A stretch of 59,743 nucleotides of DNA from Patescibacteria group bacterium (GCA_045541795.1 JAZQJV010000017.1:1-59743); one strand, 5' to 3'; counted from the stretch's first letter, positions 25,890 to 36,493 are shown. The notes: a model not told the origin generated them from the letters alone. Translations and numbers: made by a program.

Positions 25890-28286
25890 TTAATTAGCAT
25901 AGAATGTTTTATTATTGAGTTTTTCTGTTAATTGATACTTGTCCACCAGATTTGTTAATGCTTTAATCGTTTCTTGTCCCATCTTTTTTTCCAATGCGCG
26001 TCTATCCCTATATTCCGTTGATAATACATTTGCCACCTTCGTTAAAGCCTGGCGACCTTTAGAGTATGAAAAAATACTTGTAGATTTTTGAATTATTTTA
26101 TCAAGATTTTCAAATAACAGTATATTTTTATTGCAAAGTATTAGTAATTCAATATTATTGATTCCATCACTATTCAATATGTTGACTAAATTGGAGGAAT
26201 TCGTAATATTTCTAATCATTTGTGACAATCTACCCGCATTTTGGTTGCTCGTATTTTTTTCAAGACAGAGATAAGAAAATAGATATGCATTATCAAAATT
26301 TATGTGATTCCAGTATCGTTCCAATCGGTCAATTAACAATTGTTGATGAGTAATTCTTATGGTAGCCATCCATGGGCTGTATTTTCTTGCAAATACTTGA
26401 GTGAGGAATCTCAATTCACTAAAAGTGTAGACTTGGGAATGAATAATATTGGTTAAATCTATGTAGTCTGTAGAAAGGTATTGCTTCACTGATAATTCTT
26501 CTATTAGTTCTTGATATTGCCCAAATTCATATTTAATAGATTTTATATTACTATTTATCTTTTCGAGTAGACTCGTTCCACTTTCTATGACAGCAAAATC
26601 ATTAGGAAATAAATTTTTGTACAAGACGAGAGATAAAAGCTGATCCGATTGGAAAATTTGAGGTTTGCCAAAGTAAATTAGTTCATAACCTAAGAATTTA
26701 TTCCTATTGACTTCAATTGTATGATTAATACTTCTTTTGTAAACTAAATATTCATTTAATATATGAGTTAGTAATCTAGGATCTGATATGTGTTTGGCAA
26801 TTACGTTTACTAAACCGTGGGAAAATTCTTGGTCTAATTTATTTTCTATCAATAATGACGTTAAAGTTTCTTGACTATTTAGTGAAGATGAATATGGAAC
26901 GACTGGAATTACAAAATCAAAGAATTTTGTTTTTTGTTCCCAGGTTGATAAGATATTATCTCCTATCACATATATAAATTTTAAACGATCATTTAGTTGT
27001 TTATTGAGTAATGAATTTAATCCCCGCAACCTTTCAAAAATGTACAGACTGCGAAAGCGATCGAGATCTTCAAAAACATAAATATAGCATTTGGTATGTT
27101 TAATCATATCTAGAATATGTTGTTGATTTTGACTTAAAATATTGTCTTGAGTATTGTTTTTACTCTCAAATTTAATTTCTGTATTTATAAGGTTTAATTT
27201 AACCTGAGCAGTATTGATACCGTGAACAAGCAAATTATGAAAGATAAAACGCAATGACAAATAAAATAGAGGCACCAGCCAAATATATATCCAGAAGCCA
27301 CTATAGTTGCCTATTAGCGTTGGCAATAAATTCATCTCAGAATGTGGTGCTGTTTGTTCAAAAACATCTGGTTTGATTAGTAGAATTATTGCTGTTATTC
27401 TCTCAATTACTATTGAGATATGTTTGTAAAATAGTTTGGAAAGATATATTGTTGGAAAAGATAAAACTAAGGCCATTAATGTGCTACACTTTTTTCTCTT
27501 TCGCTCATCTATTTTTTCTTTTGCAAAACTATGTATGTTTTTTACAATCGCCAGCTCAAGTTCATGTGTTTTCTTTTCATCATACTCTTTGTTATCATCT
27601 GAAATGTGGAAGAAATCGCTCAAAGATATGGAAAGGCAATAGTTTTTCTTAATTGCAAAAAATTTCAGCACTTTGTTCATTCTGTAATGATTTTCAAAGA
27701 ATGAACGAACTTGAGTAGATTTGCCAGCTCCAAACTTTCCAGTGATAGCAATATCATGCACATCTTTACTTCTTATAGCGTATTTTAATGCTGGCTCAAT
27801 TCCTGTCCATGCATTTTTACGCGGGCCTAAAAATTGGAATTTGCTTCTAAATCTTGGATGCACAAATTTACGAGAGAATAAATCTACTATTTTAGAAAAT
27901 AAGTTTTTGATTTGTTTGAAAGTGTATAATATCGTGCCTTTAATAGAGATGTCTAACGTTGTCGCAAAAATAGCCAAGGATCCAGCAACGGTACAACTAA
28001 CTATCAACAATTCCAATAGGTCCAGCAGCTTAAACAGATATGGGAAATCATGTCCAAATATTGTATCATTTAATATATTTTTTGATATTCTAAATAGGTT
28101 ATTTAGTACAAACAGAATTATGGAGAAAAGAGAAATAATAATGATAATACGCCATCTTGTTTTTTCTTTGTGCAGAAGAAGACGTGGGATGCTTGGTTCC
28201 ATCTTATTTATAACTCTCTCAATCATTTCTTCAAGAAATGTCTCTAATTTTTGCAATTTAGTAGTTATATAATTAATTTCTTTCAT
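25890..28286 (-). CDS. KAP/YobI-like P-loop NTPase with transmembrane segments
   Basis: Walker A ITGKFGAGKST and Walker B-type YVFEDLDRF (the KAP DDLDR pattern) are separated by hydrophobic helices. Further N-terminal TM helices are present. Coding-strand TGATATAAT lies about 10 nt before the ATG. The gene is very AT-rich. Confidence 0.75.
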   Translation of the reverse strand: MKEINYITTKLQKLETFLEEMIERVINKMEPSIPRLLLHKEKTRWRIIIIISLFSIILFVLNNLFRISKNILNDTIFGHDFPYLFKLLDLLELLIVSCTVAGSLAIFATTLDISIKGTILYTFKQIKNLFSKIVDLFSRKFVHPRFRSKFQFLGPRKNAWTGIEPALKYAIRSKDVHDIAITGKFGAGKSTQVRSFFENHYRMNKVLKFFAIKKNYCLSISLSDFFHISDDNKEYDEKKTHELELAIVKNIHSFAKEKIDERKRKKCSTLMALVLSFPTIYLSKLFYKHISIVIERITAIILLIKPDVFEQTAPHSEMNLLPTLIGNYSGFWIYIWLVPLFYLSLRFIFHNLLVHGINTAQVKLNLINTEIKFESKNNTQDNILSQNQQHILDMIKHTKCYIYVFEDLDRFRSLYIFERLRGLNSLLNKQLNDRLKFIYVIGDNILSTWEQKTKFFDFVIPVVPYSSSLNSQETLTSLLIENKLDQEFSHGLVNVIAKHISDPRLLTHILNEYLVYKRSINHTIEVNRNKFLGYELIYFGKPQIFQSDQLLSLVLYKNLFPNDFAVIESGTSLLEKINSNIKSIKYEFGQYQELIEELSVKQYLSTDYIDLTNIIHSQVYTFSELRFLTQVFARKYSPWMATIRITHQQLLIDRLERYWNHINFDNAYLFSYLCLEKNTSNQNAGRLSQMIRNITNSSNLVNILNSDGINNIELLILCNKNILLFENLDKIIQKSTSIFSYSKGRQALTKVANVLSTEYRDRRALEKKMGQETIKALTNLVDKYQLTEKLNNKTFYAN

Positions 28287-28765
28287 AAGATATTGTATTA
28301 TATCATTAAATTACACTCAAACTGATTGAAATGCGTCAATTACCATAAATTAGTGCCAAATTAGATTTATTATGTAACCGTTAAGTAGTCTGTTTTTGTG
28401 TACATCTGATTTTTGTCAAGCATTGTGTATGATTTATGATCACCGGTGTTCTTTTCGAGTGCTTGAGACTTGAAAGTAATTTATAAAAGAAAGTGAGTGC
28501 TCAAATTAGTACGTAAAAGGCATTATTAAAGGGTTTCTTGAGTACGAAACAGTTAAAACATCCCAGCATTAACAATTGCAGTGGTGATTATGACATCTTG
28601 TGTTATCCTGGACATACAAAACAAGTGAGCCTTTCTACTCGGCAAACTGTAAATTTTATGCAAACTCAGTTTAAAACGAGTTAACTCGATTGTTTTGTAA
28701 ACCTAAATTGAACAATTTTTGTGCTCAAGTGTAAGGTATGTTCGTTTATCCTACAATTCTAATTT

Positions 28766-29818
28766 TCGGAATTGTCCCTTGACACATTGTAATATTGTGA
28801 TATAATAACACACATTAACGACTATTCCCCTCTGGAAGATTAGAAAGAATGTGTGAATTATATTCAGTTTCTTAAAAAGTTTCCTACCGAGGAAAAGATT
28901 ATAGAGTATTTTGTTAAGATCCGTTATCAAAAGGGAATCAAATGTTATCATTGCGAATCTGAAAAAGTCTACCAGCTTAAAGTCAGCCCAAAGTCTTTTA
29001 CTGTAACTCTTGTCTTAATACCTTCTCTGTTTTCAAAGATACAATTTTTGAACATTCTTCAACTGATTTGAGAATTTGGTTCTACACTATCAATCAAATC
29101 TTAACGGCTAAAAAAGGCATTTCTGCTATGCAACTTCAACGTCAGACAGGCGTTACTTATAAAACTGCTTGGAGAATGCTCAAACAAATTAGAGAAGTCA
29201 TGGGAAATGATTGCGGTAAAGAAATGTTTGAAGCTATTGTTGAAATTGACGAAACTTATGTTGGTGGTAAGCCTCGCCCTGGAGATAAAAAAGAGCACAA
29301 AAGAGGTCGAGGAAGTAACAAAACTCCAGTTGTTGGGCTTAAAGAAAGAACGTCAAGTAAGGTAGTAGCACAAGTTGCCATGCCAAACAAAGAAGGAAAG
29401 AAGTTATCAGGAAAACAACTTTTGTCCATTATTGATAGAGTGGTTAAAGATGATAGTTTGATTATTTCAGATGAGTTTAGAAGCTATGGGATTTTAGACA
29501 AGAAAGATAGTAATTATTTCCACTTTACTGTTAATCACTCTCTTGGAGAGTATTCTAATAAAAGAGGAGTCCATACTAACGGTATTGAGAGTTTCTGGGC
29601 TTTGGTAAAGCGTGGGATTTATGGGAGTTATCATCACGTTTCAGTGAAATATTTACAAAGCTATATTAATGAGTTTAGTTTTAGACAAAACAATAAGGAT
29701 AATCCGATGATTTTTGAAAAACTGTTGGAAAGATGTATTACGAGTTGAAAATCTCGTTTTCGTTTTGTCAACTAATTAAGACCATGACTGAATTAGAAAA
29801 ATAAGGATTAGTTAGTTT
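28766..29818 (+). mobile_element. IS1595-family insertion sequence, copy A
   Basis: Left terminal repeat TCGGAATTGTCCCTT (28766-28780), an internal promoter TGTGATATAAT, an ISXO2-like transposase, and a degenerate right end AAGGATTAGTTAG (29803-29815) that resembles the right end of copy B. Confidence 0.75.
28853..29748 (+). pseudogene. IS1595-family transposase (zinc ribbon + DDE), reading frame broken near 28990
   Basis: Two ORFs (28853-29071, 29068-29748). A frame switch at CCCAAAG (28987-28993) restores ...SPKVFYCNSCLNTFSVFKDTIFEHSSTDLRIWFY, parallel to copy B. DDE region: EIDETYVGG...HTNGIESFW...YLQSYINEFSFRQNN. Confidence 0.75.
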
Positions 29819-29864
29819 CTTATAGACCTTGACAAACATTAGCATTTATTATAAACATTAGAAT

Positions 29865-30875
29865 ATGGAAAAGAACATAAAATATGCAGAATTTTGCACT
29901 GGGATAGGTGGTTTTCGGATTGGTATTGAATCATCACTATTCCCAACCAAGTGCGTTTATAAAAACGAGATAAACGACAATTGTGAGAAAACATATCTAT
30001 TGAATTTTGGAGACACATTTGACTCAAAAAATATTTTTGACATAGACCCTCATATATTACCAAATTTTGATATGCTTTGTGCGGGTTTTCCCTGCCAACC
30101 ATTTTCTATTGCTGGAAAACAACAAGGATTTGATGATTCAAGAGGACAAATAATCTTCAAGATTGTAGAAATAATAAAAATAAGAAAGCCAAACATAGTT
30201 TTTTTAGAAAACGTTGCTAATCTTGCAAGACATAACAAAGGAGAAACCTTAAAAACTATTTTAGACGCTATAATACAGAATGGTTATGCGGTATATTACA
30301 AGATATTAAATGCCAAAGAATTTGGAGTTCCGCAAAGTAGACCTAGGCTTTTTATTATTGCGATTAATGAAAAATTTAGTAGCAAGAGTTTTTCTTTTCC
30401 AAATAATAATGGTAGAAAGAAGATTCTCAGAGATATTATTGACACAAAGGATATGTCAATGCCTGTTTCCGCTAGATGGCTTGAATATATTGATCTTTAC
30501 ACTGGGAAAAAACAAGTAAACGAAATGAGTTTTGTCCCTCCGAAAACAAGATTAAAACTTGAAAGAATATCTCATGGTTGTAATCTTAATGATTGTGTAC
30601 TTCAAATGAGATCGAGTGGAATTAGAGCTTATTCCTTAGACGAACAGTTCCCTACTTTTGCTGTTAGTATTAGCGGAGGAGGAGCCATGATTCCAGTTTT
30701 ATCAAAATATAAAAGACACCTCAGCGTACTTGAAATGAAAAGGCTAATGGGGTTTCCAGATAGTTTTAAATTTAACATAAATCGTACAGATCAGATTAAA
30801 CAACTAGCAAATGCAGTATGTCCACCAATTATAACTGAAATCTTTAATAGAATTGTTGAAACATATTATTTGTGA
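29865..30875 (+). CDS. DNA (cytosine-5) methyltransferase
   Basis: FCTGIGGF (motif I), GFPCQPFS (motif IV), ENV (VI), QSRPR (VIII), NAVCPP (X). Confidence 0.9.
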   Translation: MEKNIKYAEFCTGIGGFRIGIESSLFPTKCVYKNEINDNCEKTYLLNFGDTFDSKNIFDIDPHILPNFDMLCAGFPCQPFSIAGKQQGFDDSRGQIIFKIVEIIKIRKPNIVFLENVANLARHNKGETLKTILDAIIQNGYAVYYKILNAKEFGVPQSRPRLFIIAINEKFSSKSFSFPNNNGRKKILRDIIDTKDMSMPVSARWLEYIDLYTGKKQVNEMSFVPPKTRLKLERISHGCNLNDCVLQMRSSGIRAYSLDEQFPTFAVSISGGGAMIPVLSKYKRHLSVLEMKRLMGFPDSFKFNINRTDQIKQLANAVCPPIITEIFNRIVETYYL

Positions 30876-31609
30876 AGTTTTGTTATCCTGTCCTGTATGT
30901 CTTCTTTAGTCGCGATGACAATTCTTTTATTTTCAGGATGAACTAAAGCACAATGGTGAGAACATCGTTTTTTGTCGCAAAGGAAGCACATTTGTCGCTT
31001 ACACTTATTGCAATAGTGACACAGTGCTTGTATGTTTGAAACTTTGTTTTTGCCACCCCTATCGATAGGAATTCTGTGATCAAATTCTAATTTAACTCTG
31101 TCTTTTGAGAAAGCATGGACTGGTATTTCTTTACTTTCTTTCAAGAGCGAGCCGCATATATTACACCTATTGTTTTGCCGTCGTAAAACAATGCGTTTTT
31201 CGTTACTTGAAATTTGAACTCTTTGATTCTTGATGTTGTTTTGAAATAGCTTTTCATGGTCACTTTGATCTAAAACATATTGTCTATTACCATCCATGTT
31301 TGCTGAGTGAACACATGAAAACCCTTCTTCTGTCCACAATTCGCTAAATGGTTTATTTGCATCACCGTATCTATCTTGTATCAAATCTGAATCCATTTTG
31401 TTTATCAATATTTTTTTGATTGTTGCCAACCTATTATTTGCTCCAGCTAAATCTGCTTCTGAGGCAATTCCGTAATGAATGAGAAGTAATAGTCCAGCAA
31501 TTGTTCGTTTTTTTGTTAGCCATATCTTTCTTTGATCATTGAATACAATTTCGTACCCATTTCTATCTGACGCTTTTTGTATCTTTTTAATATCTTTTAG
31601 ATTGGTCAT
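30866..31609 (-). CDS. Putative type II restriction endonuclease with a C-terminal HNH domain
   Basis: CNICG...EFDHRIPIDRGGKNKVSNIQALCHYCNKCK is an HNH/Cys-box pattern. ATG 31609 lies 1 nt after the C-protein stop. The gene is convergent with the methyltransferase and overlaps it by 10 bp. Confidence 0.65.
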   Translation of the reverse strand: MTNLKDIKKIQKASDRNGYEIVFNDQRKIWLTKKRTIAGLLLLIHYGIASEADLAGANNRLATIKKILINKMDSDLIQDRYGDANKPFSELWTEEGFSCVHSANMDGNRQYVLDQSDHEKLFQNNIKNQRVQISSNEKRIVLRRQNNRCNICGSLLKESKEIPVHAFSKDRVKLEFDHRIPIDRGGKNKVSNIQALCHYCNKCKRQMCFLCDKKRCSHHCALVHPENKRIVIATKEDIQDRITKLHK

Positions 31610-31610
31610 A

Positions 31611-31823
31611 TTACATTGACTCCCAAAATTCAATCCAATCTATATGCAAGCCGCATATAATCTTTTCTAGATTAACTATACTAATGTTTCTACGTCCGCT
31701 CTCCACAGAAGCAAAGTATGTCCTATCCATATCAATAGACAAAGCAAACTTCTCTTGAGAAATTCCAAGTTTATTTCTGAACAACTTGATTCGATTGCCA
31801 ACCCTAACCTTTATATCTTCCAT
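31611..31823 (-). CDS. XRE-family HTH protein (controller / C-protein of the R-M unit)
   Basis: 70 aa. VGNRIKLFRNKLGISQEKFALSIDMDRTYFASVESGRRNISIVNLEKI is a Cro/C1-type HTH. It sits immediately upstream of the endonuclease gene. Confidence 0.8.
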   Translation of the reverse strand: MEDIKVRVGNRIKLFRNKLGISQEKFALSIDMDRTYFASVESGRRNISIVNLEKIICGLHIDWIEFWESM

Positions 31824-31966
31824 GAGAAAAGTTTAACGAAATGAAGAATAAAAGACAACGGTTTATAAGTCACAATTCAATATTGATGTATTAAGATATA
31901 GTTGACATTTTTATGAAAAGATGATAATTAGAACTTAATCCATTAAACAGCATAAGAAAGGACAAA

Positions 31967-32401
31967 ATGGGTATTGAAACGTGCATCTCAATAGCATCAT
32001 TAGGAATATCTTGCTATTCGTTATACAAAGCGATAAAATCACAAAAGCTCCAAGATCAGGTAAATTCTCTCGAACTAAAACTTAAAGAACTTGAGTTGGA
32101 AGAAAAGACCACAAAAGAATCATTACTGGATGTTGGGGCGGTAAAAAGTGGTACTAATTGCAGGTTGGTCTTTTCTAATATCGGCAACACAACTATATAC
32201 AATATAAATGCAAAAATAGATGAAGAATCAAGAATTCATTTTCAAGGCTGCAAACTCCCCTATGGGGAACTTCGACAAGGAGATAGTTTTGAAGAAAGCT
32301 TTCCAATCACAATAGCATCTTCTCCTGTTTTTGAGATAACAGTAACCTGGCTAGATGATGAAGGAAATGAGAAACAAGATGTAAAAACTCTGAGCATTTA
32401 A
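31967..32401 (+). CDS. Hypothetical protein: N-terminal TM helix, coiled coil, beta-rich C-domain
   Basis: ISIASLGISCYSLY helix, LELKLKELELEEK coiled segment. TTGACA at 31903-31908 lies upstream, and AAAGGA precedes the ATG. Confidence 0.6.
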   Translation: MGIETCISIASLGISCYSLYKAIKSQKLQDQVNSLELKLKELELEEKTTKESLLDVGAVKSGTNCRLVFSNIGNTTIYNINAKIDEESRIHFQGCKLPYGELRQGDSFEESFPITIASSPVFEITVTWLDDEGNEKQDVKTLSI

Positions 32402-32474
32402 TTAATCCTATATCTTAATTGCATCAATTTAGTGATGCTCATAGAGGGATAATTATGTAATTAATTAAAAAACT

Positions 32475-33291
32475 ATGATAACGTCACAGAATAATTTCAC
32501 TAAGAATGATTATGAATTGGTAAGAATGATATTACGATATCGCTTGCGTAGCAATGATGAGCTTACAGTACAAGACTGGTCAAGAATTGGTGTAAACGCT
32601 ATCTCAACCACGTTATCGAATATAAAAAGTGCAAAAGACAATAATGGTCGAGATATTTCCGGTGGCCCTGATTTCATATCTCAATGTAACTCAGTAACCA
32701 TTGGTATTGAGCATTTTAGATACGACAGTTACAGACACAATCGCAAAGGAAGCCATCTGGAAAATCAATTGAACAATATTTGTAATAAAATCTGCGATCA
32801 AAATCATTGTATATGTGATATGACCATAGATAACAGTGCTAGTGGAGAAAATCTGTATAAATCGTTCATGAAAGCATTGAAACGCCATGCAAAAAAGATT
32901 CCCAAATATTTAGAAAATTTAAAACAAATTAGACCAAATTCAAAGAAATACGAAATATGGTTCTTTACAGAAGATGCAACACCCAAAGGAAATAATTATG
33001 CAATAAATGATCATACAAGAAGTTGTATATTGCCTCTTAATAAAGAGCTTATTGATTTTTTAGAAGAACAAGATGAAAAAAATTGCTGGTTTAATATTTG
33101 GTTATTATGAATGTGCATGCGAGCAAAACAAAATTATTGTGATGAAAAATGATCAGGTAACACGAAAAATGATTGAAAATCAAAAGTTTTACAATCTTAA
33201 TTCTGATCTGATACAATCACCAGATCTTCATATTAATAAAGAAACAAGTTTAAAACTTAGGCACTTTTATGAAAAAATTCACGGTGGATAA
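32475..33291 (+). pseudogene. Hypothetical protein with a PD-ExK-like motif, split by a frameshift in an A7 run
   Basis: ORFs 32475-33110 and 33073-33291 join if the A7 run at 33076-33082 is read as A6 (...EEQDEKIAGLIFGYYECA...). GGPDF...VTIGIEHF resembles the RPDF...LWLEHF segment of the helicase at 51559. Confidence 0.5.
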
Positions 33292-33340
33292 ACTAAGGAT
33301 ACTTTAAAATACCCCATAATAAATTTAACTACAATGCTTA

Positions 33341-33355
33341 AAGGGATAATTCCGA
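33341..33355 (-). repeat. Solo IS1595-type terminal inverted repeat
   Basis: AAGGGATAATTCCGA is identical to the 15-nt outer end of copy B (37710-37724). The reverse complement of 33331-33355 matches the copy A left end 28766-28790 at 21/25 positions. Confidence 0.7.
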
Positions 33356-33427
33356 AGAAAAATAAAATGGCAACGCACCAACGTCGAGACAAATTATTGT
33401 GCATTAAATAGACAAGTAATAATACTA

Positions 33428-34398
33428 TCACTGGCAAGAGCGTGCGATAGTATTGCCCCCCCAAATATGTCCGTGATAATTAAGCACGATTATCCAAAAA
33501 CCTGCAATAGTGATTAATAATAAATACGGATAAGAAAACCATTCTTGTTGACGTAATGTTTTGCGAGCACTAAGTTTCTTAAATGATTCAAAAACAAAAA
33601 CAAGGCTGGCGATTGTCAAAATAAAATGCCAAGTTTCATTAGTAATCAAGGAAATTCGCCAGCTATCAAAGAAGGCAATCCGATGATTGTCAAAAAGTGA
33701 ATCGAGACTAGGTTCCGTCTCACCAAAACTTGCAAGCACTGATTTGGTTTGCATCAGATCATGTCGTAAATCAAAAAGAATGTAAGTAGATAAAGGTATT
33801 AGAATCGCAAATACACACAAAAGATGCCGCCAATTTTTACGTTTGACAATTTGGCATAAACACATCAGGCCCAAAATGACAGTCATGGGTACGCCAAAAG
33901 CGAGTTGAAACTGAATCATGACTCCACAAAGTAAAATGGTAATTATTAAATCTTTAATTTTTTGCCTTTGACAATATTGACCAACGAAATAAATCAGCGG
34001 AATGATCAAAAAATTGGCTAAAACTGTATGTGTGTAGCCAGCAGGATAAAAACAAGTCAAGGTGACAATTAAGGATGTAGCAACCAAAGCAACTTTATGG
34101 TTAAACATTTCCCGAGCGCAATAGTAAAAGCCACCAAGAAACAACCAATAAACGAGTAACCAAAAGACCGCTACCACGACTGGATTACCATGTCCAATTC
34201 TGCCCCCAATTAAAGAAATTTTGTGAGTATCGATCATATCCTGCCAAAGTAAAAAATCTCGGGCAATGTCGGTATCGTAGTAGATATCGTTTTTGAAAAA
34301 TGGGCAACTCCTAAAGCTAAGCAAATGCCAATTACTGTCAAACAACATCCCTCCCACAAATGCCACTTACGACCACAGAGAGTTTTAGTCGTTAACAT
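33428..34398 (-). pseudogene. Polytopic membrane protein, ArnT/GT-C-like, frameshifted near its 5' end
   Basis: The main ORF 33428-34366 is multi-TM. An upstream piece (MLTTKTLCGRKWHLWEGCCLTVIGICLALGVAHF) lies in another frame and joins at the T5/A5 runs at 34290-34300. Confidence 0.5.
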
Positions 34399-34684
34399 TA
34401 TTCGCTTTCTAAGGGAAAATTTCTTACATATCCGAGAACTTTTCCCATCGTGTAAGTTCCGGCAAGAAACAATACGTTCCAGAGAAAAGTTCTCACGATT
34501 ACGTATTGCCACTGCTTGCCGCAGTGGCTAATTCTTGCCAGAACTATGGATCTAATTTTACCATAAAAGATATAATTTGTCAAAAAGACTTATAAGAAAT
34601 CATCTAAAGATTAGATTTTAAGATGAAATGGCGTCAGATATAAAGACTTGATTTTTATAAGAAAATGTGATAAAAGTGTGTGAT

Positions 34685-36493
34685 ATGATACAAAATGAAA
34701 GACAAGCTAAGTTACAAAGTTTTATTGCTCTTCAGGAAAGACTCAATTATCTCAGCGATAAAGAAATAACCTTATGGGATTTACATACAAGATTGATTGA
34801 GTCACTGGAAAGGGAAACTAACAATGATGATAAAAATATAATAAGATTGTTGCTCGACGTTTCATCTATTATGTTGACTACTGACAAAAATAAACCATTT
34901 CAACCATTGTGCGTCAAAGCTGATGGCCGAAGAAGCGCAGAGCCATCAGATTTTACCGAACAAGAGTTGGATTATTTTGCTTTGATTTATGGATACATAG
35001 AGAATAGAATGCTAAAAGCTAGAGTATTAGACATCCTGTGGTATAGAAAGCACAAAGGCATAACAATTAATGAAGTTAAAAAATACTTAATATGCCCATA
35101 TATTCACCTATCATTTAATAAAGATTACCCAAATAATATCAACTTCATAAATCGCGGTTTAGATTTGGCTCTAAAAGTTAATGATAAAGACGCCGTAGAA
35201 GGTTTTAAGAATAGAGTAATCTCATTTTTAAACTCATTGCCAAAAGATGAAATATGTCTAGATAATATATTTAAACCTTATAAGGTGGTCAACTTATTTC
35301 ATGAAAAGAAAATTAGATTGACTGACAAAGAAAAAGAGCAGTTCATAAATGCAATGATGAAATGCGCCGAACATTTGGCAGCAATGAGCGAATATTGGCA
35401 GGCTATAGATTATTATCAAGAAGCCATCTATTGGCAAGACAAATGTGCTAATAAAATGGAAATACCTAAGTTATATGCACGAATTGCTAATTTATATCTT
35501 TCGTATGGTGATTCATGTCAAAACCAGCAATGTGCCGGGCGCTATTACGAGAAAGCTTTATCTGTAATTAATAGAAAAATAGCAAAAAAATCCCGTATGA
35601 ACTATTTTTCAGATGAAGCTATCCATAACGTAAAATTAAAGCTTTTAACAGCTAGAAAATCTTCTTTAAAAGAATTGCATGAGGTTAAAGGCCAAGTTGA
35701 CATCACCAGTGCAGTAGAGAGTGTGCAAAAGACAATTCAGGATCAAGACTTGCTCACCTTAATGAAACAATTGGTCATCTTACCAAGTCAGATATCGTTC
35801 AATTCTATATTAGAAGAGGCGACAAAGACAGTCCAAAGTTCATTAACTTTGGGAGCGTTTGAAACAGAAACTTTGGCAGATGATGGAAGAAAAATTGATA
35901 CGACAGCCAAGAGCACAGATAAAGCAATATTTAATATCGATACACATATTTACAAAGTTATGCTATGGCAGTATTCGCTAATGGTGGATATGATAGTACA
36001 CGTATATGTTTTACCAATTTTAAAGTACATAAGAGGAAAACATAATTTAGGATTTAATGACTTTTTAAGAATCGTTCATAGCTCATCAATTATTCCTAAT
36101 GATAGGAAAAATGTTGTTGCTTATGGTTTATATGAAGGTTACAAATGCAATTTCTTAGTTTCTTTACACTTACTTGTGCCACAAATTGAACATCTTGTAC
36201 GAGTAAGTTTAAAGAAAGCAAATGCACTTACTATTCATGTGGATGAAAATGGAATTGAAACAGAAGTAAGTTTAAATTCCCTAGTAGAAATGAGCGAATT
36301 CAAAAAACTTTTCGGTGATGATTTGGCATTTGAAATAAATGCTTTACTTTGTGAACCCAGTGGTTTAAATCTAAGAAATAAAGTTTCGCATGGATTAATT
36401 TCTGAAGACGGTATGAATAGTTCTGACAGTGTTTACCTGTGGTGGTTTTGCTACAAATTGGCTTCTTTATCAAGAATCGACGGAAATGATTAA
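34685..36493 (+). CDS. Large alpha-helical protein with a C-terminal HEPN-type RNxxxH motif (DUF4209/Abi_C-like)
   Basis: About 602 aa. The C-terminal LNLRNKVSHGLISEDG fits the Rx4-6H motif of HEPN RNases. ATG 34685 follows TGTGATA-type -10 sequences. Confidence 0.65.
   Translation: MIQNERQAKLQSFIALQERLNYLSDKEITLWDLHTRLIESLERETNNDDKNIIRLLLDVSSIMLTTDKNKPFQPLCVKADGRRSAEPSDFTEQELDYFALIYGYIENRMLKARVLDILWYRKHKGITINEVKKYLICPYIHLSFNKDYPNNINFINRGLDLALKVNDKDAVEGFKNRVISFLNSLPKDEICLDNIFKPYKVVNLFHEKKIRLTDKEKEQFINAMMKCAEHLAAMSEYWQAIDYYQEAIYWQDKCANKMEIPKLYARIANLYLSYGDSCQNQQCAGRYYEKALSVINRKIAKKSRMNYFSDEAIHNVKLKLLTARKSSLKELHEVKGQVDITSAVESVQKTIQDQDLLTLMKQLVILPSQISFNSILEEATKTVQSSLTLGAFETETLADDGRKIDTTAKSTDKAIFNIDTHIYKVMLWQYSLMVDMIVHVYVLPILKYIRGKHNLGFNDFLRIVHSSSIIPNDRKNVVAYGLYEGYKCNFLVSLHLLVPQIEHLVRVSLKKANALTIHVDENGIETEVSLNSLVEMSEFKKLFGDDLAFEINALLCEPSGLNLRNKVSHGLISEDGMNSSDSVYLWWFCYKLASLSRIDGND

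Noticed and set aside
28751-28951. 66-aa minus-strand ORF
   Set aside because: It lies antisense across the left end and promoter of IS copy A and the transposase start. It is AT-rich chance ORF.
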